DNA from: Macrostomum lignano
Lineage: Eukaryota
Length of the DNA: 64,000 nucleotides
Direction of reading: 5' to 3'
Assembly (NCBI GenBank): GCA_002269645.1
Contig: NIVC01000017.1
Coordinates: forward strand, 1 to 64,000
Shown here: positions 11,950 to 29,391 of the stretch, piece by piece
Layout: each line of letters opens with the position of its first letter
How positions within the stretch are numbered: the first letter of the stretch is position 1
Notes under the pieces: model-generated
Told to the model about the DNA's origin: nothing
The model's database searches: none
What the model saw: only the letters and a program-made list of their open reading frames with translations
Made by a program: the position numbers and the translations under genes

Positions 11950-13130
11950 TCGGGATTCGAGTTCAGGTAGTTTTGGGATTCGAGTTCAGGTAGTTTTGGG
12001 ATTCGAGTTTAGGTAGTTTTGGGATTCGAGTTCAGGTAGTTTAGGGATTAGAGTTCAGGTAGTTTAGGGATTCGAGTTCAGGTAGTTTAGGGATTAGAGT
12101 TCAGGTAGTTTAGGGATTCGAGTTCAGGTAGTTTAGGGATTCGAGTTCAGGTAGTTTTGGGATTCGAGTTCAAGTAGTTTTGGGATTCGAGTTCAGGTAG
12201 TTTAGGGATTCGAGTTCAGGTAGTTTTGGGATTCGAGTTCAGGTAGTTTAGGGATTCGAGTTCAGGTAGTTTAGGGATTAGAGTTCAGGTAGTTTAGGGA
12301 TTCGAGTTCAGGTAGTTTAGGGATTCGAGTTCAGGTAGTTTAGGGATTAGAGTTCAGGTAGTTTAGGGATTCGAGTTCAGGTAGTTTAGGGATTCGAGTT
12401 CAGGTAGTTTAGGGATTCGAGTTCAGGTAGTTTAGGGATTCGAGTTCAGGTAGTTTTGGGATTCGAGTTTAGGTAGTTTTGGGATTCGAGTTTAGGTAGT
12501 TTTGGGATTCGAGTTCAGGTAGTTTTGGGATTCGAGTTCAGGTAGTTTTGGGATTCGAGTTTAGGGATTCGAGTTTAGGTAGTTTTGGGATTCGAGTTCA
12601 GGTAGTTTTGGGATTCGAGTTTAGGGATTCGAGTTCAGGTAGTTTTGGGATTCGAGTTTAGGGATTCGAGTTCAGGTAGTTTTGGGATTCGAGTTTAGGG
12701 ATTCGAGTTCAGGTAGTTTTGGGATTCGAGTTCAGGTAGTTTTGGGATTCGAGTTTAGGTAGTTTAGGGATTCGAGTTCAGGTAGTTTTGGGATTCGAGT
12801 TCAAGTAGTTTTGGGATTCGAGTTCAGGTAGTTTAGGGATTCGAGTTCAGGTAGTTTAGGGATTCGAGTTCAGGTAGTTTTGGGATTCGAGTTCAGGTAG
12901 TTTTGGGATTCGAGTTTAGGTAGTTTTGGGATTCGAGTTCAGGTAGTTTTGGGATTCGAGTTTAGGGATTCGAGTTTAGGTAGTTTTGGGATTCGTGTTC
13001 AGGTAGTTTTGGGATTCGAGTTTAGGGATTCGAGTTCAGATAGTTTTGGGATTCGAGTTCAGGTAGTTTAGGGATTCGAGTTTAGGTAAGGTAGTTTAGG
13101 TATTCAAGTTAAGGTAAGGTAGTTTAGGGA
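11950..13130. repeat. 23-bp minisatellite (GGGATTCGAGTTCAGGTAGTTTT)
   Basis: Tandem periodicity. Confidence 0.97.
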
Positions 13131-13595
13131 TTTAAATGTTGGATAAACTTTAGATTGAATATTACGAAAAGAGTAAATTTAAATAATAACAGTTATGAAT
13201 GTTGGCATTTTTTATCCCAAAAGTCAGTGCCCATCTACTATTGTAATCCACGTGCTGTACCTGAAACCAGTTTAAACCGGTTTTCTTCAAGTCTTTTTTG
13301 TGTATGCTGCACTGCTCAGCCCTACTCAAGCATGTGCTCATTCTTAATTATCACCTGCCCCCACTTCGTCTTTTGTACTTATATAATTGTTTTCTACATT
13401 ACTTGTACTTTTAATTACACCTATAGCAGCTGTTTTCTCTGCTAATTGAATAATTCCCATCTACCCGTTTGCAATGAAATAAGCAGTTATGTACGCTTTT
13501 GTTTAACTCATTTCATTGAGAAGACTTCTTATGAGTTAAGTCGATGGAGTATTGCTGTTTCAAAGCGGTGAAGCTCTTAGTGTTTTATAGACAGA

Positions 13596-14995
13596 CTGGG
13601 ATCTGGGAGGCTGGCCCAGCAACTGAGGATCCGGGAGGCTGATCCAGCAACTGAGGATCTGGGAGGCTGGCCCAGCAACTGAGGATCTGGGAGGCTGGCC
13701 CAGCAACTGACACTCTGGGAGGCTGGCCCAGCAACTGACACTCTGGGAGGCTGGCCCAGCAACTGAGGATCTGGGAGGCTGGCCCAGCAACTGAGGATCC
13801 GGGAGGCTGATCCAGCAACTGAGGATCTGGGAGGCTGGCCCAGCAACTGAGGATCTGGGAGGCTGGCCCAGCAACTGACACTCTAGGAGGCTGGCCCAGC
13901 AACTGACACTCTGGGAGGCTGGCCCAGCAACTGAGGATCTGGGAGGCTGGCCCAGCAACTGAGGATCTGGGGGGGGGCGCTGTCCCAGCAACTGAATGAT
14001 CTGGGAGGCTGGCCCAGCAACTGAGGATCTGGGAGGCTGGCCCAGCAACTGAGGATCTGGGAGGCTGGCCCAGCAACTGAGGATCTGGGGGGGCTGTCCC
14101 AGCAACTGAGGATCTGGGGGGGCTGTCCCAGCAACTGAGGATCTGGGAGGCTGGCCCAGCAACTGAGGATCTGGGAGGCTGGCCCAGCAACTGAGGATCT
14201 GGGAGGCTGGCCCAGCAACTGAGGATCTGGGAGGCTGATCCAGCAACTGAGGATCTGGGAGGCTGATCCAGCAACTGAGGATCTGGGAGGCTGGCCCAGC
14301 AACTGAGGATCCGGGAGGCTGGCTGCCCAGCAACTGAGGATCTGGGAGGCTGGCCCAGCAACTGAGGATCTGGGAGGCTGATCCAGCAACTGAGGATCTG
14401 GGAGGCTGGCTGCCCAGCAACTGAGGATCTGGGAGGCTGGCCCAGCAACTGAGGAGCTTGGAGGCTGGTCCAGCAACTGAGGATCTGGGAGGCTGGCCCA
14501 GCAACTGAGGATCTGGGGGGGGGGCGCTGTCCCAGCAACTGAATGATCTGGGAGGCTGGCCCAGCAACTGAGGATCTGGGAGGCTGGCCCAGCAACTGAG
14601 GATCTGGGAGGCTGGCCCAGCAACTGAGGATCTGGGAGGCTGGCCCAGCAACTGAGGATCTGGGGGGGGGGGCGCTGTCCCAGCAACTGAACGATCTGGG
14701 AGGCTGGCCCAGCAACTGAGGATCTGGGAGGCTGGCCCAGCAACTGAGGATCTGGGAGGCTGGCCCAGCAACTGAGGATCTGGGAGGCTGGCCCAGCAAC
14801 TGAGGATCTGGGAGGCTGGCCCAGCAACTGAGGATCTGGGAGGCTGATCCAGCAACTGAGGATCTGGGAGGCTGGCCCAGCAACTGAGGATCCGGGAGGC
14901 TGATCCAGCAACTGAGGATCTGGGAGGCTGGCCCAGCAACTGAGGATCCGGGAGGCTGGCCCAGCAACTGAGGATCCGGGAGGCTGGCCCAACAA
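13596..14995 (+). repeat. 28-bp minisatellite family B (CTGGGAGGCTGGCCCAGCAACTGAGGAT)
   Basis: About 50 tandem copies; the same unit occurs inverted at 24675-25040. Confidence 0.97.
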
Positions 14996-15419
14996 CAGGA
15001 AATGAGGAGCTGACTATTCATGATTACTATCAACTGAATTGAATAAGTGACAGAAAAACTGAAGAATTGTCCATTTATATGCGTTCTCTTGTTCATATCG
15101 TTCTCTAATGTGCTAGAAGCAAGAAAAGAGTAATTTAATCCTCTCAATCCGGACCCACCCGCAGGGCGTTTTCTTATTTGATGGAGACGCGACATCCGAA
15201 TGGAAACTGAGCCTAGAGCAGCCATTGATGGGCTTCGTGATAAAAGTATTGTCTAGTATGGCCTGCTTATAAGACTCAATCCGTGACCGGAGTCTTCTTT
15301 ACTTGGAGACAGGTCACGCGAAGCTTTATGGGGATAATTTTATGCATTGTTTTTGGCCGACTTGGATGCCAAATTAAGCATTGGCATTTCAGTAGTTTGA
15401 ATCTAAGAGCTCTGGCTTG

Positions 15420-15745
15420 CAATGGCAACAAGCGGGCGCAGTTTGATTCCAAGCCCAGGCTCGATTGCTAGTGCAGTCGCATTAATTTGGGGCTAAATTG
15501 GAATCTCGGCTTGGCTCTGCTCGTGCAATTAGCGCCCCCTGAGGGCCAACCACCAAGGCACAGTGAGGTGTACATGCCTAATGATAAATAAAGTCATACA
15601 TGTAAAGAGCCGCTGTACACTCCCGTGTGTGTGCCTGTGTATGACTGCGTACAGCGTACGTATCCGCGCGCTTATGTGCCTGCTCAGGGGAGTCGGCGGA
15701 ATGGGCAGTAAAGCCTCTCGCCGGTTGTGTGACAATGTCGCTTAA
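15420..15745 (+). mobile_element. SINE family 1, diverged near full-length copy
   Basis: AATTTGGGGCT, CCAAGGCACAG..GTGTACATGCCT and GGAGTCGGCGGAATGGGCAG..GCCTC blocks are colinear with 42110-42410. Confidence 0.7.
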
Positions 15746-15753
15746 AGTGCGCC

Positions 15754-16176
15754 AACTAGAATAACCAAATGGGCCACTCAGGCATATATACTTAGCAAAA
15801 CAACTCTCTACTTTCAGTTCAGTAGCAAAGGAGAATACATAAGCTATTTTATAAAAATAAAGGCAGAGCTGAAACGACTTTGATAAGTTTACAAGCCCAG
15901 CTTGCAGACGTAAACAGCTTGCTAATTGGTTCAGCCATAATGTACATTAGCCACTGAATGTACATGGCAGATTTAGGCTGGACCAACTGAGGAAGGTAAT
16001 AAAAATTGGGTGGCGGGGCGGGGGTGGATGTTCTGTGTGTAGTTGGAGGGTCTAAATTTGCTGGGGGTGAGCCAATAGATAAGCCTTGTCTTAAAAAAAT
16101 TAAAATGCTTCAGTTCAAGTTACTACTGAACTAAAAGTAGCTAGGACGCAAATGTGCTGAGTGGCCCATCTAGTAT
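15754..16176. mobile_element. MITE-like element with imperfect terminal inverted repeats
   Basis: ATGGGCCACTCAG near 15769 pairs with CTGAGTGGCCCAT near 16157; CTACTTTCAGTTCAGTAG near 15808 pairs with CTACTGAACTAAAAGTAG near 16123. No clear TSD. Confidence 0.6.
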
Positions 16177-17319
16177 CTGTGCGGATGACACAGACAGCCC
16201 CCTGACTTTAAGAAAAAGCCCTTTAATACGAGTAACCCTAACCCTTACTTAAATTGCTTTGAGTTCATTTTTTCAAACAAAAAGTAAAAAAAGATGCTGA
16301 ATTATGCATAGATAAATAATAAATTGCAACAAACATAAGCCGGTAATCAAGCCGTCTTTAGAGATCGAACTGCGGGTTGTATTTTTTTCTGTCAAGTTTC
16401 ACATCTACGCAAATCTACACATTTCTAGGTACACAAAGCTACACAATGCAGGGCAAGATCAACGACAGCTATTGATTACTGTTTCTCAGTATAACAGAGT
16501 TTTTAGAGTGTAACAATTCTCATAAAAAAATCATGGCGCTCATTCACGACAAGATGTAACCAGGATGTGTCGGCCAAGAAACCTCAGCAGTCAGTCTGAG
16601 TAGTTCTCTGTGGCGGAGTGGTCGCCAACTCCGACATTTTCACGGCCTCGACGACAACCTCGGTCTCCAGCACGCCCGCCACTGCAGCGACGTCTTCGAC
16701 CGAGTGGCAGCGACGGGGGCCTCGCAACGGCGCCCTGGCGTCGTCAGCTTCAATCGGGACGGCGTCCACCTGGCCGGCAGGTTCGCGCTAAGAAATTGCT
16801 CGATGCTAAAGGCATTAAATATTCGCGCTAAGAAATTGCTCGATGCTAAAGGCATTAAATATTCGAAAAACATGCTTTTTTGCAAAGGTCAAGCAAACTT
16901 TTCGACTTGAAATGCATTGTAAGAATGCTAGAGAAAAAACTGACTGGTTGAATTCTGGTTCTGAAATAGATTGCATCATCACTGAATTGTAACTCCGACT
17001 TGAATTGAAAATGCAGTGTGGAAGCGTAGCACCAGACTTGATTTAAATTGCGTAACCATATTGTTAACTGATACTGACTGACTGAGAAACTGATTATGTC
17101 ATAACTGCTTCGTGTGATTTACTCTATGCTTGGATTTTAAACTGTTGAATTATATATATATATAAGTGCAAAATTTGATGTTATCAAAAAGATGAGAACT
17201 AGCCTAGAGGTGAACAGACTGAACTGCTAAATGCAGCGACGATGGTTCGAATTTTCATAGAGTATAATTTTTTTAATTAAAGCTTTTCAACGTCAGGAAA
17301 ACTAAAAGACTTTTTAAAA

Positions 17320-18290
17320 AGAAGCGTCATGTAAAAATCATAGTAGCGTCATGTAAAAAATCGTAGAAGCGTCATATAAAAAATTATAGAAGCGTCATAT
17401 AAAAATCATAGATGCGTCATTTAAAAAATCATAGAAGCATCATATAAAAATCATAGATGCGTCATTTAAAAAACCATAGAAGCATCATGTAAACAATCAT
17501 AGAAGCGTCATTTAAAAAATCATAGAAGCATCATATAAAAATCATAGAAGCGTCATGTAAACAATCATAGAAGCGTCATGTAAAAAATCGTAGAAGCGTC
17601 ATTTAAAAAAATCATAGATGCGTCATTTAAAAAATCATGGAAGCGTCATGTAAACAATCATAGAAGCGTCATGTAAAAAATCATAGAAGCGTCATATAAA
17701 AATCATAGAAGCGTCATGTAAAAAATCATAGAAGCGTCATGTAAACAATCATAGAAGCGTCATGAAAAAATCATAGAAGCGTCATGTAAACAATCATAGA
17801 AGCGTCATGTAAACAATCATAGAAGCATCATGTAAAAAAATCATAGTAGCGTCATGTAAACAATCATAGAAGCATCATGTAAACAATCATAGAAGCATCA
17901 TGTAAAAAAATCATAGTAGCGTCATGTAAACAATCATAGAAGCGTCATGTAAAGAATCATAGAAGCGTCATGTAAAAAAATCATAGATGCGTCATTTAAA
18001 AAATCATAGAAGCATCATGTAAACAATCATAGAAGCGTCATTTAAAAAAATCATAGAAGCGTCATATAAAAATCATAGATGCGTCATTTAAAAAATCATA
18101 GAAGCGTCATGTGAAAATCATAAAAGCGTCACGTAAAGAATCATAGAAGCGTCATGTAAACAATCATAGAAGCGTCATGTAAACAATCATAGAAGCGTCA
18201 TGTAAAAAATCATAGAAGCGTCATGTAAAAAATCATAGAAGCGTCATGTAAAAATCGTAGAAGCGTCATTTAAAAATCATAGAAAATCAT
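17320..18290. repeat. 22-23-bp minisatellite (TAGAAGCGTCATGTAAAAAATCA)
   Basis: Tandem periodicity. Confidence 0.96.
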
Positions 18291-18299
18291 AAAAATCAA

Positions 18300-19410
18300 A
18301 AATTAAATGCAGCTATAATGCTGTGCTGGGGAGAAAAACTGAGACGTAAAGGCTCTCAGAGAATAACTGCTGAGATTACGGGGGGGGTTTCTGAGATGTC
18401 AAAGCAAAAGTCAGAAGCTACTTCAAAGTTCATGTACTTTACTCAATTTTTTTATTGCATTCTTTGTTGGCTCGCCACGGGAGGCGCTTATAGAAGAAGA
18501 GTCATGTAAAAAATAAAAGTAGCACTACGAGCGTATGTACGAGCTATACATAAAAGAAAAGTCATGTTCAAGTTAAAAGATTCATTTGGGAATTGCTACG
18601 ATGTCAAAGCTTGGTGGAAATCGTTATAGTGCTGTGATTCTTAAAGAAGGAATCACTAAAATGTCAAGGCTTAGGGGAGAAGAATTGCTGAGATTTCAAG
18701 GCTTTAGGTTGGGTTAAAGTTAGGTTTAGGTCAGGTGTGGGTTGAGGGTTATATTTTATCGGGTTTCAAGGTTAACAGAATAACAGGGGATTTTTTAGAT
18801 TTCAAGGTTTATGGAGGCCATCGCTGACATGTTAAGGCTTACGGGGGGAATAGCTGAGATGTCAAGGCTCACGGGGTATAAATGAGATTTCAAGGCTAAA
18901 GTCAGAAGCTACATGTAGTTTATTGAAAACTTTTTATTACATTATTTGATGCCTCCTCAGGGGAGGGATCGCTGATAAAAAAAGCGTAATGTAAAAAATA
19001 AAAGAAGCTTCATGTCGAAGTTAAGAGATTCATTTGGGAATCCCTACGATGTCGAGGCTTGCAGGAAATCGCTATAATGCTGTAGTAGTGCTATAGTGAC
19101 TCTTAGAGAGAATTACTGAAATTTCAATGTTAGGTTAGGGTTAGGGTTAGGGTTAGGGCTAGGGTTAGGGTTAGGGTTAGGCTAGGGTTAGAAGGTTGAC
19201 AGATATTTTTAGATTTCCAAGGCTTATTGGGGGCATTGCTGAGATGTCAAGGGGGGAAGTTGATATGTCAAAGCTTGTGGGGGGGGAATTACTGACATGT
19301 CAAGGCTTACAAGGTTTGACAGGAGATTTTTTAAGATTTCAAGGATACATGTAGCTTATTAAAAAAACGTGTATTGCATTTATTTGGCTCCCCAACGGGG
19401 GGCGTAGATT
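18300..19410. repeat. Diverged tandem duplication of about 490 bp with GAGATGTCAAGGCT sub-repeats and an interstitial (TTAGGG)n tract at 19128-19192
   Basis: AGTCAGAAGCTAC at about 18409 and 18900; GATTCATTTGGGAAT..CTACGATGTC at about 18579 and 19028. Confidence 0.8.
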
Positions 19411-19656
19411 GCTAGTCAAAACTATATCTTATACTTAAGAATTTAGAATTTAATTAATCCTTACTGCTATAGCAGATACCTGCTATTTTAACCTTTTTCT
19501 GACCAGGATTCAGCAATGTGTGCGCAGCCGTAGGTAGGACTGGGGGACGAGTCAGTCATGTGATCTGATGGCTTCAGCCTGTATTTCTACGTTCATGCCA
19601 AAATTCTCTTTGAAACTGGCCTTGCTGTCTATGGTCACGTGATCATTCACTCTGAT

Positions 19657-20100
<444 letters not shown>

Positions 20101-20237
20101 GACACTGGTCCCTCAGTGGAGAACATCTTAAGAATGGTGAGGCGGGTTGCAATTAGTACCAGTACTGATTAACTTATTGTTGGATGGCCTTTTGATCATC
20201 AAAGATTAAAGAAGCGTCTCAGAATCCACTGATACCC

Positions 20238-20602
20238 CCCAGCAAGCTACCCTCCAGCAAGCTACCCTCCAGCAAGCTACCCTCCAGCAAGCTACCCTCC
20301 AGCAAGCTACCCTCCAGCAAGCTACCCTCCAGCAAGCTACCCTCCAGCAAGCTACCCTTCAGCAAGACACCCGCCAGCAAGCTACCCTCCAGCAAGCTAC
20401 CCTCCAGCAAGCTACCCTCCAGCAAGCTACCCTCCAGCAAGCTACCCTCCAGCAAGCTACCCTCCAGCAAGCTACCCTCCAGCAAGACACCCACCAGCAA
20501 GCTACCGTCCAGCAAGCTACCCTCCAGCAAGCTACCCTCCAGCAAGCTACCCTCCAGCAAGCTACCCTCCAGCAAGCTACCCTCCAGCAAGCTACCCTCC
20601 CG
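20238..20602. repeat. 15-bp minisatellite (CAGCAAGCTACCCTC) just upstream of the GH13 gene
   Basis: Tandem periodicity. Confidence 0.96.
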
Positions 20603-20788
20603 CAAGGACCCGCTGTGCTCGCCATGCAGCAGCTTCAAGCCACGCACTCGCCAGTGAGAGCCCTCCCAGTAAATTCTGACTTTGTCTTATCAGTATTAGT
20701 AAATAAAGATAAGAGGCAGCCATGCTTTTGGATTCAATGAAGTCTGCGCTAATCGAAAGAGCAATAAATTTGGGGGGCAAGAGCGTGA

Positions 20789-25366
<4,578 letters not shown>

Positions 25367-25589
25367 CAATGCTTTCATTTAAACTGGGCTGAAATTTTGT
25401 TTTAATCATTAAAAAGTTCCGGATTTATCGCGCGAATTCAAAATAAAATTTGGTGCTTTTATGGTTTTACTGAATATCTTTTAAGATGCAGCGCATAAAC
25501 AGATTTGTCTCCGCTTGTAGTGGAATTAAATCAACTCATTTTTCCGTTGCTATGGTTATTATAAAACAATAGAGTGTCAATGAACTCGT

Positions 25590-25720
25590 ACACAGGGCCA
25601 CAGGCATTTGCACTCCCTGTGCCTTGGGGGCTGGCCCTCAATGGGAGTATCGCACGGCAACCCACCAGGCGAGAGCTGCACTTCCCCAGCTCACGTATTA
25701 AGCTATGCACTAACCGCAAC
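25590..25720 (-). mobile_element. SINE family 1 fragment
   Basis: Reverse complement GAGGGCCAGCCCCCAAGGCACAGGGAGTGCAAATGCCT matches 15542-15580 and 42255-42290. Confidence 0.6.
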
Positions 25721-25869
25721 TAACTCTGCTTAACTTGCTGTCGGCATAGCAACCTCGAGCCATAGACTAATTTTCATTTGCAAGGATTTGCGAAGTCCAA
25801 AATAAAAATTGAGATACTTTTAATCTTCCTTATTGACTGAATGGCAGAAAATGTTTTGCAATCTAAAAT

Positions 25870-28800
25870 ATGCTTAAACTCGGCAGAGTTGCACTTTTAG
25901 CACAGCCGCTAGTTGCCATGGTAATCTGGCTGCGCCTGCTCTCCGCGGCGGCTTCGTCACCACTGATTGGACCGGCAATTGGCCAGAATCCTCAGCTGCT
26001 CAGCGACATCATCCAGGTCACCCGGGCCAACTGGGAGCTCGCCTTCGCGCTCGACCTGGATGAATTTGATGGAACTTCTTCCGAGAGGTGACAGCGGGAT
26101 CGGATGGGATCAGATGGGATCGGATGGGATCGGATGGGATCAGATGGGATCGGATGGGATCGGATGGGATCGGATGGGATCGGATGGGATCAGATGGGAT
26201 CGGATGGGATCGGATGGGATCGGATGGGATCGGATGGGAGCAGATAGGATCGGATGGGATCAGATGGGATCGGATGGAATCAGATGGGATCGGATGGGAT
26301 CAGATGGGATCAGATGGGATCGGATGGGATTAGATGGGATCGGATGGGATCGGATGGGATCAGATGGGATCGGATGGGATCGGATGGGATCGGATGGGAT
26401 CGGATGGGAGCAGATAGGATCGGATGGGATCAGATGGGATCGGATGGAATCAGATGGGATCGGATGGGATCAGATGGGATCAGATGGGATCGGATGGGAT
26501 TAGATGGGATCAGATGGGATCGAATGGGATCGGATGGGATCGGATGGGATCAGATGGGATCAGATGGGATCGGATGGGATCGGATGGGATCGGATGGGAT
26601 CAGATGGGATCAGATGGGATCGGATGGGATCGGATGGGATCGGATGGGATCGGATGGGATCGGATGGGATCAGATGGGATCGGATGGGATCAGATAGGAT
26701 CGGATGGGATCGGATGGGATCGGATGGGATCAGATGGGATCAGATGGGATCAGATGGGATCGGATGGGATCAGATGGGATCGGATGGGATCAGATGGGAT
26801 CGGATGGGATCGGATGGGATCAGATGGGATCGGATGGGATCAGATGGGATCGGATGGGATCAGATGGGATCAGATGGGATCAGATGGGATCGGATGGGAT
26901 CAGATGCCTGAGATAGGATCGAATGGGATCAGATAGGATCAGATGGGATCGGATGGGATCGGATGGGATCAGATGGGATCGGATGTGATCGGATGGGATC
27001 AGATGGGATCAGATGGGATCGGATGGGATCAGATGGGATCGGACGGGATCGGATGGGATCGGATGGGATCAGATGGGATCAGGCGGGATCAGATGGGATC
27101 AGATGGGATCAGATGGGATCAGATGGGATCAAATAGGATCAGATGGGATCGGATGGGAGCTCTCTGGCTCACAGACGGCGGGATAAAAGGTGTCCCACTG
27201 GCTATTCCGCTCGGCACAGGCTGTCCTATCTAATGAAGAAGGTGCTCATGGGCGGCAAGACAGTTCTAAAGCTGTTCGATCTCAACTCCATGCCCGGCTC
27301 CAACTCCTCGTCCTCAATGGCTTTGTCATATCGGCTGCTCGAGTCGCGCACGAAGCTGGACCAGCTGCATCTGGACGCCGTCAACAACATGAGCAACCGC
27401 ATGGATTTGGTCTGGAGAAGAAAATTTGAGCGCTCCTGTTTGCTAGCGATGGCGGGCAGCCGGATGCTGGACAACTCCATCGGTCTGCCACCAGCCGAGC
27501 GGGCCCACGAGCTCACGCGCCTGCGGCAGATGATTTCCTCCGAGTCGCAGGAGCTGCTGGCGATCTGGCGGTCGATGTCCGGCACCGACAAGGCGTCGGC
27601 CAACAGCCTGCTGGAGCTGGCGATCAACTCCACTGACGGCAAGGACTGGCGAGGCTCGCTGACCTTCCTGCTGGCGATGGCGCGGACGGTGGTGCGCAGC
27701 GGCGAGCTGTCCATCGTGTCCGTGATGATCTCGCAGCAGGGCGGGATGCTGCAAAACAAGCAGAAGCTGGTGAGGACTCTGCTGCACACCTGGTCAATGC
27801 GGATGGAGTCCATCGTGGAGATTTTGAAGCGATGGAGCGAAGAAATCAGGAAGCTGTATGAGACGAATCTGGAGCCGATGGTCAGGAAGTTTGTTAAGGA
27901 TAGCGGGCGGATCGACAGCCGGTTGTTAACGCTGGGGTGAGCGCAGCCTGTGCCGTTGAGTCTTTGTGGACGTTGACCTGCTCGTTCCGCTGATGCTGCA
28001 CCTGGCGAGACTGAGGGGGATTGGAAAGTGATCTGGAGGACTGGGAGGCGTTATGGCAGACTGTGAGGTGTTATGATAGACTGGGAGGTATTATAATAGA
28101 CTGGCAGGTGTTATGGCAGACTGGCAGGTGTTATGATAGACTGGCAGGTGTTATGGCAGACTGGCAGGTGTTATGGCAGACTGTGAGGTGTTATGGCAGA
28201 CTGGGAGGTGTTATAATAGACTGGCAGGTGTTATGATAGACTGGCGGGTGTTATGATAGACTGGGAGGTGTTATGATAGACTGGCGAGTGTTATGGCACA
28301 CTGGCAGGTGTTATGATAGACTGGGAGGTGTTATGGCAGACTGGCAGGTGTTATGGCAGACTGGCAGGTGCTATGGTAGACTGGGAGGTGTTATGGCAGA
28401 CTGGCGAGTGTTATGGCACACTGGCGAGTGTTATGGCAGACTGGGAGGTGTTATGATAGACTGGGAGGTGTTATGATAGACTGGGAGGTGTTATGGCACA
28501 CTGGCGAGTGTTATGGCACACTGGCGAGTGTTATGACAGACTGGCAGGTGTTATGGTAGACTTTCAGGTGTTATGGCACACTGGCAGGTGTTATGGCAGA
28601 CTGGCAGGTGTTATGGCAGACTGGGAGGTGTTATAGCAGACTGGCGAGTGTTATGGCACACTGGCGAGTGTTATGGCAGACTGGCAGGTGTTATGATAGA
28701 CTGGCAGGTGTTATGGCAGACTGGCAGGTGTTATGGCAGACTGGCAGGTGTTATGGCAGACTGGCAGGTGTTATGGCAGACTGGCAGGTGTTATGATAGA

Positions 28801-29391
28801 CTGGAAGGTGTTAGGGCAGACTGGCAGATGTTATGGCAGACTGGCAGGTGTTATGATAGACTGGCAGGTGTTATGGCAGACTGGCAGGTGTTATGATAGA
28901 CTGGCAGGTGTTAGGCCAGGGATCCACTAGAAACCGAGGCCTGTTTGCCCCCATACAGATTGCAGGCACTGCTGTCCGATACGTTTCCCTGGCGGCACTG
29001 GATTGTCTTGGCCTACTTGGAGCAGAAAAGCTACGGCGGCAACACGGGCACCAGCGTGTTCTTCTGCGAGGGCCTTTACTTGTCTAAAGTACTTTTTGGC
29101 GGGCAAACCCTTGTCGTGGCCAGCTCTCAGAAGTCCAAGACTAAATTTAGGGCCGACTCGGCTTTGTCAGTCCTCGAAAGCGCTGAAGGCGACGGCCCGA
29201 AGAATGACGACGCCTTCCTGTGGCAGCAGCACGCGATGCCCCGGTTCGGCACTCCCTGCGTCACGGCCGCGTTTTTCGGCGCCCTCTGCTACGGCAGGTG
29301 CTTCATGGTGTGGGCGGCGAGGCCTGACCGGGTGGCCTACAGGCTGATGCGCACCGCCGGCTTCATGACTCACGCGTTGGCGTTTGGCTAG
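25870..29391 (+). CDS. Secreted 470-aa precursor protein, 3 exons; probable SE-cephalotoxin/rapunzel-like family member
   Basis: Exons 25870-26087, 27175-27936, 28959-29391. Both introns are phase 2 and GT-AG, and the total of 1413 nt is an exact number of codons. Hydrophobic N-terminus, RRRDKR furin-type site, long helical segment, then LSDTFPWRHWIVLAY...FCEG...GQTLVVASSQK and a terminal PDRVAYRL...HALAFG. The gene model is solid; the family call is from recalled motif patterns only. Confidence 0.65.
26094..27158. repeat. 10-bp repeat (C[A/G]GATGGGAT) filling essentially the whole of intron 1 of the secreted-protein gene
   Basis: Runs from a few nt after the donor to about 16 nt before the acceptor. 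Confidence 0.98.
28025..28915. repeat. 20-bp minisatellite (GACTGGCAGGTGTTATGGCA), intron 2 of the secreted-protein gene
   Basis: Tandem periodicity. Confidence 0.97.

Noticed and set aside
13560-15225. Long minus-strand ORFs (546, 459 and 370 aa)
   Set aside because: They are translations of the 28-bp minisatellite, which lacks stops on that strand; all three frames give the same permuted peptide.
19128-19192. Possible telomere or chromosome-fusion site
   Set aside because: Only about 10 imperfect TTAGGG units on one strand, with no head-to-head CCCTAA array, embedded in a composite repeat.
27226-27813. 195-aa minus-strand ORF
   Set aside because: In-register antisense shadow of the plus-strand exon; Ser-rich, with no splice context of its own.
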